Origin: Jimgerdemannia flammicorona
Lineage: Eukaryota
Length of the DNA: 35,574 nt
Assembly (NCBI GenBank): GCA_003990765.1
Contig: RBNJ01000246.1
Span: 1-35,574, forward strand
Direction of reading: 5' to 3'
Shown here piece by piece: positions 1-9,700 of this stretch. The notes beneath the pieces are model-generated. The model did no database searches, was not told the DNA's origin, and was given only the letters and a program-made list of their open reading frames with translations. The position numbers were made by a program, and so were the translations under genes. Every line of letters begins with the position of its first letter. Position 1 is the first letter of the stretch.

Positions 1-218
1 TGAGAACTTTCCTCTTGGCATTTTCCTTTGATTTCTCAGATCCTTCCGGATCCTTCTTTCAGATCTTGTATAAATATCCCCTTTGTTCTCATGAATAAAG
101 CCTCAGAATATTTTCTCCCAGAAATCCTTTGAGAACACTTGAATCCTTAGTATCTCTTCGAGCTACTTAGAACTGCCAGAATTAGTCGCTTCCTCATTTA
201 GAAACTAGAACCATTACA
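1..218 (+). repeat. 5' LTR (3' part only)
   Basis: Aligns without gaps to 5630-5847 with 5 mismatches. Ends in TTACA. Contains TATAAATA (69-76) and AATAAA (94-99). Confidence 0.96.
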
Positions 219-220
219 CT

Positions 221-234
221 TGGTAGCAGTGGTG
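221..234 (+). promoter_or_regulatory. Primer-binding site, probably for initiator tRNA-Met
   Basis: TGGTAGCAGTGGTG starts 2 nt after the LTR end. TGGTAGCAG is complementary to the CUGCUACCA 3' end found in many eukaryotic tRNA-iMet. Confidence 0.8.
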
Positions 235-286
235 AAGTTACACCTAGCCTTATCAAGACACCTCTCAAGATATCAGTTACAACACT

Positions 287-3200
287 ATGGAGGACAATGG
301 GTGGAACCCTTCATACAGTACCTATGGTCCAGGCAATACCTCTTACCATCAGCAAGAAGAAGAAGAGGAACAGCCAATCCTCACCCAGTCAACCGGGTCC
401 ATCGAAAGTCTTTTGCAAACTGCATTAGCTCAGATTGCCCAACTTCAAGAATGTGTAGAAAGAAAGGAAAGCAAGGCCTCTGCTCATACCTCCGCACCTC
501 TACTGACATCAATACATCCAACAGCAGTCACTATCAAGCCTCAGAAGCCTGACACCTTTGATGGTCAAAGAGGAGGACTGTCTACTGATGCCTGGCTTTT
601 CCAATTGGAGCAATATGGAGAACTGACTAATTTGGAAGAAACAACACTAGTCCAATTTGCTGCCACACTCCTCTAAGGGAATGCTGCAATCTGGTGGCGA
701 AATCATGTCCATAATACCAGATTCTCTGGCCAAATCAAGACCTGGGGCAAATTCTCTGATGCTATTCAAGGCCAATTCAAACCAGTCAACAGCACCAAGG
801 CTGTGCGAGACCATCTGGCAAACGTCAAACAACTCAAGTCTGTATAAGCATACAATGCACAATTCCTGTCAATTCTGCTAGAATTACTATATGTTACTGA
901 AGACGAGAAGGTTGACAAGTATATCTGAGGTTTGAAAGGCCAAACCTGAGTTCGTGTTGAACTAGAAGAACCCAAGGACCTAGACACAGCAATGAAAATT
1001 GCTGATAGGTTTGATGTCATTACCTATGGTCACTACTTTGAACAGAAGAGACCGCCTTTCAACAACAACAACAACCACAGAAGGGAGGAACCCAAAGTCA
1101 GAACTGTTGGACCTGCCCCCATGAACCTAGACACCATTGACAAGAGCAAGAAAGGCAAGCTTACACCTGAGAAAAAGGAGTACCTCAAGAAGGCTGGAGC
1201 CTGCTTCTTTTGCTATTAGCCTGGTCACATTGTAACCAAATGTCCCAAGAAAACCGTGGAACCAAAGAGGATCCTGGTCCTGTCCGAAGACACTCAAGGT
1301 CAACCAGTCAAACAAGAAGTTGTACTCAATTTCATGCGAGTCAACCCCAAGGCCCAGATCCCTCAAGCACAGTCAGAAGGAGCCATTGGTTTGGACCTTC
1401 AAGCAGTACAACAAGTCACTATTCCAGCACATGAAAGAAGGCTTATCCCAACTGGCCTTTCAGTCGAAATCCCCAAGGAACATTATGCATGAATTGCACC
1501 AAGATCTGGCCTCAGCTTCAAGCACTCATTGGATGTTGGTGCTGGAGTCATAGACCCTGACTTCCGAGGTGAAATGCAAGTTCTGCTAGTCAATCACAAG
1601 ATCCAGCCATATACCATCAATGAAGGAGATAGAATTGCACAGCTCATTCTGGAGCAAGCCACCCTACCAGTTGTCAAAGAAGTCACCAAGCTGTCTTCAA
1701 CTAAGCGAGATCAGAAAGGCTTTGGCAGTACTAACAAAGTTGCAAGTATAGCTGAGAACCGAGCCAATTCAATGCTCATTTTCAAAGGTCTAGTCAAGGG
1801 ACAAGAAGTAGATATTCTCATAGACAGTGAAGCTGTTGGGAACTTCATCAACAAGAACCTCATCGACAAGCTCAAGATTCTCACCAAACCAGCTGGCAAG
1901 AATGGTGGAGTTGTCACTGCAGATGGCACCACCTTACCAATTGACTCAATTGCCACTAAACTTCCCCTCAAGATCCAGAAGTACTGGGAACATTTAGATT
2001 TTGAGGTAGCACCACTAGGAGACCATTACCTGATCCTAGGCAAACCCTGGCTTATATGGCACAACCCTCAGATTGATTGGACCAAGAATGAAGTTACCTT
2101 AATTCAAGATGGAGTCAACATTACCATCAAGCCAGACAAGACTCAGACAAGACTCAGACAAGAACCCCAATTGCTACCCTTTCAGCAATCCAGTTCAAGA
2201 AGGCCCTCAAGAAAGCTACCTGTACCTTTGTGGTACTGATCTGATCAAAGAAAGAAGACAAGAAGCTATCAATTGATGAAAGTGTCAAGTTACTGCTAAA
2301 CAAGTACAAGGATGTCTTCCCAGACAAACTACCTAGTCTACCACCTTCAAGAGACCATGACCACGAAATCAAGTTGGTACCTGATGCAGCTATACCCAAG
2401 AAGAAAATGTACCACATGTCTCCACTCAAAATTGAAGCAGTCAAGAAGGAACTCAATGAACTCATTGAGCGAGGAGCTATTCAGCCAAGCAAGTCACCCT
2501 TTGGCTCCCCAGTCCTATTTGTCAAGAAAAAGGATAATACTCTGCAAATGTGCATAGACTACCGAGCACTCAACAAGATCACTGTCAAGAACCACTATCC
2601 ACTACCACTCATAGATCAAATCTTTGATGCTCTCAAGAATGCAAAGTACTTCACCAAGATTGATCTCACCTCTGGGTATCACCAAATTCGAATCAAGCCA
2701 GAAGACATACCCAAGACTGCCTTCATGACACCCTTTGGACTCTATGAGTTTCTAGTCATGGCCTTTGGTCTCACCAATGTGCCAGCAACCTTTCAAGACC
2801 TCATGCAAACTATCTTCAAGGATCAGCTTTATATCTTTGTACTTGTGTACATTGATGACATCCTGATCTTCAGTAGCACTGAAGAAGAACACCTCAAGTA
2901 CATTGAACAAGTCCTCAAGATCCTCCACAAGAACAAGCTCTATGCAAAGCTCAAGAAATATGAATTTTTCAAGGATCAAGTCGAATACCTTGGATACATT
3001 GTATCAGCCAAAGGAATTCAAGTAGACCCAAGGAAAATACAAGCCATTGAACAGTGGCCTATACTAGCAAACCTCACTGAACTCAGGTCCTTCCTTGGTC
3101 TGGCTGGATACTACCATCGATTTGTCAAGAACTTCTCTGGCATCGCAGAATCTTTGACAAACCTCCTGTGAAAGGAACCCAACTCTGACCTCTATGTTCC

Positions 3201-5116
3201 CTACATCTGGGATGCCTTCTGTCAACAAGCCTTTCAAGAACTCAAGAACTGCCTGACCCATGCACCTGTCCTTAGAAACATGGACCCAAACTTGAAGTTC
3301 ACAGTCACTATAGATACATCTAACTTTGCCATTGGTGCAGTCATTTCTCAAGATGATGGTCAAGGACACCAACCTATTGCCTTTGAGTCAAGAAAATTGT
3401 CCCCAGCAGAACAAAAGCTGGCTACTCATGAAAAGGAACTCCTGGCAATCATACATGCCCTCAAGACCTGGCAATACTATCTAGAAGGAGTTGAGTTCGA
3501 CGTGATCACTGATCACAGATCCCTTCAGTATATCAATACTCAACCAACCCTTTCTTGCCAACAAGCCAAGTGGAGTCAACTGCTTCAGACCTTTACCCCA
3601 AATGTCATCTACAAGCCTGGCAAAACTCTAGTTGTACCAGATGCACTTTCAAGGAGACCTGACCTTGCCGCAATTTTACAAGTCACCATGGCACCTGAAT
3701 TCCTCAACCAGATCAAGAAGGCATACGAACAAGACTCTCTAGTTCTACAAAGGAATACCAAGGAATTCAAGGAAAAGTACACCATCAAGGACAACCTCGT
3801 GTACTATTAAGACAAAGTATATATTTCTGCCAACCCTGAACTATGGTACACGATTCTCCATGAACACTATGACTCCCCACTAGCTGGCCACCTTGGAACT
3901 GAGAAGACCATCAAGAATATCCAACAAGGCTACTACTGGCCAAACATACTCAAGGAAATCAAGAAGTATGTCCAAAGCTGTGATCTTTGCCAAAGAAACA
4001 AGTCAAGCAACCAAGCACCTGCTGGTCTTCTACAACCCTTGTCAATTCCAACCAAGAAGTTTGAACAAGTCACAATGGACTTCATTGTACAACTCCCACG
4101 AACCAAAACAGGCTATGATGCTATTGTTGTATTTGTGGACCATCTCACCAAGATTACAATCGCCGAGCTAACCACAACCAATGCCACTGCCCCAGAAATT
4201 GCAAGAATCTTCTTCAAGACTGTCTTCCGCCATTATGGACTTCCCTGAGTAATTATCAGTGACCACAACCCCAAGTTCACAAGTCACTTCTGGCAAGCAC
4301 TTTTCAAGACCCTGGGAACCCAAATTGCTATATCTATGGCCTTCCATCCTCAAACTGATGGACAGACAGAGCAAATGAACAGAACACTTGAACAAATGCT
4401 CAGAAACTATATATCTTATAAGCAAGATGATTGGGACCACTATCTGACTTATGCTGAGTTCACCTACAACAATGCCAACCAATCATCAATGGGTCTTTCT
4501 CCATTTCAACTACTTCATGGTTAAAACCCCGAGACCCCTGCAAGTCTAGTCCAATTCCAGCAATCCAGTCACACACAAGTCCCCACAGCCCAGAACCTTA
4601 TTGACAAAATGGATTCCCTTCTCAAGATTGCCACTATGAACCTGCAAAAGGCTCAGCAACATCAAGCTAAGTATGCAGATAAGAAGTGGCGAGATGTCAT
4701 ATACAACATTGGTGATATGGTTCTACTCAAAGCTGGCTCAATCTCAAGTCAACCGCCAGTCAGCCAAATTCCAGCCCAAGTACCTTGGACCCTTTGAGAT
4801 CACCAAGCAAGTCTCTATGTGGTCTTACCATCTCAACTTGCCAACAACCATGCATATACACTCAGTATTCCATGTATTACAACTCAAGGCCTGAAACCAG
4901 TCACCCCCATACCCTGGCCGAATTCTGACACTATCAGCACCAGTCATAGTTGAAGACCACATCGAGTATGAAGTCGAGAAAATCTTAGACAAATGAGTCC
5001 AATACCATTGCACAGAATACCTAGTCAAGTGGATGGGTTATCCTGAATATGATGCCATCTGGGAACCTGCCACCAACCTCAAGAACTCCCAAGACCTCAT
5101 CCAAGAGTTCGAGTAA
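287..5116 (+). pseudogene. Disrupted gag-dUTPase-pol polyprotein
   Basis: Gag (DAWLFQLEQY...GNAAIWW); zinc knuckle CFFCY*PGHIVTKC (~1202-1243); protease ILIDSEA...LILGKPWL; RT YIDD (2848-2859); RNase H DTSNFAIGAV...EKELLA; integrase H-H-C-C (GHLG...CDLCQ) and core MDF...SD...QTE; chromodomain EYEVEKIL...YLVKW.GY...WEP (4964-5113). About 13 in-frame stops and frameshifts near 2140 and 4740. Confidence 0.95.
1319..1735 (+). other. Trimeric dUTPase domain inside the retrotransposon polyprotein
   Basis: All five dUTPase motifs are recognisable: AIGLDL, IAPRSG (preceded by a TGA at 1490), AGVIDPDFRGE, GDRIAQL and RDQKGFGST. Same frame as gag and protease. Confidence 0.95.
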
Positions 5117-5431
5117 AAAGGAACTCATTGACTGCCCGTGAGGTTCTCCCCTTGGATAGTAGATGACCTACTGTGCTGATCAGGCACATTACGCATCAGG
5201 GCTCTCTAAGGGATACAGCATCAGAAGCAAGAGATACAGGAGAACTCTATAAATCCTGCAACCAATGAGGTTCGAACCATTTCTCACCCGATCAAGATGA
5301 TACTTTGGCCCTCGCCTTATACAAGGACGGCCAATCCTTGCCAATGAGTCAGTATATTTAATTTGAAGTTTCTTTTAGTCTTATTGTTTATTATGTATAA
5401 CTTTGAGAATTCAACAAGGACATTGATTCTT

Positions 5432-5444
5432 AAAGAGGGGGAGA
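5432..5444 (+). promoter_or_regulatory. Polypurine tract
   Basis: AAAGAGGGGGAGA lies immediately before the TGTAAC start of the 3' LTR. Confidence 0.9.
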
Positions 5445-5847
5445 TGTAACATTTTAGCATAGTTTATTCCTTTTCTTTGTCTTTCTTCAATATTCTACAA
5501 CCTTCTGGTACTTTCTGAATACTTAGAAATCCTTTCTTGGTGCCGAGCATTAACTAGTACTTATTTAGTTAGTCACTGAATGTCCTGGAAACTTATAGAA
5601 CTTTATTTGTCATCATTTGTCATCTTTGTTGAGAACTTTCCTCTTGGCATTTTCCTTTGATTTCTCAGATCCTTCCGGATCCTTCTTTCAGATCTTGTAT
5701 AAATATCCCCTTTGTTCTCATGAATAAAGCCTCAGAATATTTTCTCCCAGAAATCCTTTGAGAACACTTGAATCCTTAGTATCTCTTCGAGCTACTTAGG
5801 ACCACCAGAATTAGTTGCTTCCTCATTTAGAAACTAGAATCATTACA
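5445..5847 (+). repeat. 3' LTR, 403 bp
   Basis: TGTAA...TTACA inverted termini, follows the PPT, and its last 218 bp match 1-218. Confidence 0.95.
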
Positions 5848-6600
5848 AATGAGGACAAAGCCCCCATAGTTCTGAACTTTCTGCTCTGAGTTTTTGGTGA
5901 TACCAAATTCTGCCAGCATCCTTTTTCTATATAATAGTTAATCCTTCCACTAGTATTCTGATCTTGTGTGACTCAAAATTCTTCCAGCATCCTTTTTCTG
6001 TACTACTGAAATTCTACCAGTACTCTGAATTTATACAACCATCTATATCAATACTAGAATCTATACTGACAACTATAGTTTTCTGTATTCTAGTATTTTA
6101 TTTGATTATTGGAATTTATATTTAGCTTTATATCTTAACAAATATTGAATTATATTTTGTATAAATACTCCTTTTATTTCCTTCAAAATAAAGTCAGTTC
6201 CTCTCAGTACAATATATATATTCCTTGCAAGCAATCTAAAAAAATAACAAGATAGTTTAAAGATAAGAAGTTTGAAAACTATAAGACCTTAGGAAAATAC
6301 TCCAATAAGAACTTACTTATAATAATCTTGAGTTAATCTAAGAGATATACCTTGAAGAGAATCAGACATATTTGAAAAACTCAGCAACCACTATATGACA
6401 ATATATATAAATCAGCTAGCTAAATAGTCTTCTAATATAAAATTAATAATAATAAAATAAGATCTTTTGTTAATTATTAAATTTCCAGCTACTAAGTCTT
6501 CAGTCCTCAACCCTAAACCTACTTCTACATTCTTTTATTATTTTTCAATTCACTTCTATATACAAAAAACACTTTGCAATAAGTAGATAGTTGATGACAA
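5848..6600. mobile_element. Older AT-rich relic, possibly an LTR into which the gypsy element inserted
   Basis: Essentially no CpG. Short direct repeats (aaattct.ccagcatcctttttct at ~5905 and ~5976). TATAAATA (~6160) followed by AATAAA (~6187), the same layout as in the neighbouring LTR. Confidence 0.4.
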
Positions 6601-6713
6601 AAGAAAAACTGACATGAGACAATAAGTTAACAATTGCTCAAAAGTGCGGGCGGAATGGAAGAGCTTCGGCCTACGCTATACTATATAGTAAATCAGTTAC
6701 GGAAACGCTTTGA

Positions 6714-9700
6714 TCATTGGTCATTGTTGTGTTGTAAGGGTATGCAAATTAATAATAGGAAATATACGACACGCTTCCAAACAGAGCAAAACGGTGATTG
6801 CGCAGAGTTGTTTTCCTCTGTTCTCAATAGTTTATCGCCGTCGCTGCCTTCTTCATTGTTGCCGTTGGCATTTGGGGACTGACTCGCGCCTTTGGTTCCA
6901 TCGCCCCCGTCACCAAAGATATCGAGATCCGAGGGCTTGACACCTCCGGAACCAGAGTCACCGTCTTCATTTGATTCGTGTTTACGTGATGATTCGGCTG
7001 GAGGGCCTGCTTCTGACACTTGCGATTTATCGTGATCTCCGCCTGCCTCTCTCGCCGCAACATCCATAATGACGAGCTGCTCCACACCTTTGAAAGCCTT
7101 ATTCTTGGGAATATCCTCCGTTTTGATCTCCTGCTCCGGTTGAAGCGCGACGTCCACGGAGATAATTGAGCCCTCTCCCTCACTGGGGTGTTCGGCGACG
7201 ACCTCCTCCGCCTTATTCTCATGGTGTTCCGGTTCGATCACGCTGTCCGCATGGACGCCTCCCTCATTGACACTCTCAGCAACCTTACTCTCGTGTTCTT
7301 CCAGTTCGAGCGCGACGTTTATATCATACGGGTAAATTATGTCCTCTTCCTCAGTGGTGCTCTCGACATTGGCTTCCTGGCTCATTTTCTCTTCCCTTTC
7401 GAGCTCACCGTTCACATAACACGGTAGAATCTGATTTCCATCAGCTGTACTCTCGACAACGTCCTCTACAGCGTCTTCTATCTGACTCCCCTGCTCCTGT
7501 TTGAACGCATCATCCACGTCATAGCGAAGAATTTGGTCGTCTTCCTCGATGACATCCTGCGCATAGACTTCTATCTCTTCCAAATAAAACACGCCGTCCA
7601 CGTCGTATGGGAGAGTCAGATATTCTCTTTCAGTGGTACTTTCGGTAACGACTTCCTTGTTCCCCTGGTCTAGCTCTGACCCTCCGTCTGTTGCATACGG
7701 GGCTGGCTCCTCCTCCTGAATGGCGTTCTCTACTGTAATTAACTCGTCAACCAGCTTACTGTTCTCCTGCGCCTCTGACTCGATCGCGTCGTATACCATG
7801 GACCAGACGGGGACAGCCCTGGCCACAGGGGCGACGTGAGCTGTCGGATAAGAACCTGTATAGGAAGCCGTATCTGAAGAAATGTTTTGTTCGTCAACCA
7901 GCTCGGAATCCTTCTCACGCATCTCCGCCTGGTCATATTCTCTCTGGTTCTCATAGAACTTGACCGGATTTTCCAAAGTCATTACTGTATCGAGGTGCTC
8001 TAGTCCCAACGCTTTCTCTTGGATTGCCACACGGTGCAGCGGCGTCTGTCCGTCGTTGTTCTTGGCGTTGGCGTCCACCCCGAGCTCGGTCTTGAGCAAC
8101 TTCACGATTTCGCCGTGCCCGCCTTCCACGGCAAGGTGCAGCGGCGTACATCCGTTGTTATCCTTGGCGTTGACATCCGTCCCGAACTCGGCCAAGAGCA
8201 ACCTTACGACCTTGACGTGCCCTTCTGCTGTGGCAAGGTGAAGTGGCGTCCGTCCGTCGTTGTCCTTGCCGTTGGCGCCCGCCACGTCCTCGGCCACAAG
8301 CAACCTCACAACTTCGACGTGCCCTTCTTCCGCGGCAAGATGTAGTGGCGTCCGTCCACAGTTGTCCTTGGCGTTGGAGTCCAGCCTTACCACCCCGACG
8401 TGCAAGTCACTCGTAGGCCGGTGCAGCGGCTCCTGTCCTTTGTAACTTTTGACGTTGGCATCGGTCCCGAATTCGTTCACGAGCAGCTTCACGACTTCCA
8501 CGTGCCCATTCTTCGCAGCCAAGTGCAGCGGCGCCCATCCTTTATGACTCTTGACATTGACGTCCGTCCCGAACTCGGCCACGAGCATCTTCACGACCTC
8601 GACGTGCCCATTCGAGGCAGAATGGTGAAGTGGCATCTGTCCATTGTCGTCCTTGGCGGTGGCGTCCGCCCCGAACTCGGCCACGAGTAACCTCACGACC
8701 TCAATGTTCCCTTCTTCGGCGGCAAGGTGCAGTGGCGTCCAACCGTTGTTGTCTTTGGCGTTGGGGTCCGCCCCGAACTTGGCCACAAGCAACCTCATGA
8801 TCTCAATGTGCCCATACCTTGCGGCCCAGTGCAACGGCGACCGTCCTTTGTGACCCTTGATGTTGGTGTCCGCCCCGAACTCGGTTACGAACAAGCTCAC
8901 GACCTCGACGCACCCGCCACAGGCGGCCCAGTGCAGCGGCGTTGATCCATTGTTGTCCTTAGCGTTAGCATCTGCCCCGAACTCTGCCACGAGCAACCTC
9001 ACGATTTCGGCATGCCCATTCTCTGCGGCCTTGTGCAATGGTGTCTTACCTTCCTTGTCCTTTGCATTTGTAGTAGCACCATAGTTAACCACAAGTAACT
9101 TCACTACCTCGACGAGCCCTTTCTGTGCAGCGGCGTGCAGCGGCGTCCCTTCGTGTCGGTCCCTCACATCTACCTCCGGCCGTGGTTGCTCCATTAATGT
9201 CCTAATTAATGTCATTTCACCGCATCCTGCTGCACGATGTAAGAGTGGCAGAGTAAGGTCAAATTTGATCTCCAGCGGTTTTGTTGCGTTTTCTTTAGCA
9301 CGTTTGGCCCAACATTTGCCACTATTTAAATCCCTGTCGACACCATCGCCCTTTAAATAACACTGTTCAATCCCGAATTGCGCTCCTCTGTCGCCTGCTT
9401 CGGCCGCCATCAAGTTCCAATAAAATGCCTTTTCCTTGTCCTTGGCAACCCCACACGCTCCTTGCTCGTAACATGTACCAAGGATTAATTGTGCTTCCAA
9501 ATGTCCATTTTTCGCAGCTTCTGTGCACCACGCAATCTGCTTTTCCAGATCATTTCCAACGCCAAATCCTACTCCATAGCACAGCGCTGTATAAAACTGA
9601 ATCTCTGGGTCATTCGACATGCCACCCTCGACATTGCAGAACTGATCGTTGAGGAAATCACGGATTCGAGGATGCAGGCTGTAGAACTGAGTGTCTTTCT

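Larger units (their letters stand above)
1..5847 (+). mobile_element. Ty3/gypsy (chromovirus-type) LTR retrotransposon, decayed; 5' LTR cut by the window edge
   Basis: Direct repeats 1-218 = 5630-5847. PBS follows the 5' LTR and a PPT precedes the 3' LTR. Domain order is gag, CCHC, dUTPase, PR, RT, RNase H, IN, chromodomain. Confidence 0.97.

Noticed and set aside
221..234. tRNA gene
   Set aside because: Only the short complement of a tRNA 3' end (the PBS) is present, with no cloverleaf.
2133..2240. Programmed ribosomal frameshift between PR and RT
   Set aside because: An 11-bp tandem duplication fully accounts for the frame change.
7960..9084. Several repetitive plus-strand ORFs
   Set aside because: They are antisense readings of the ankyrin array.
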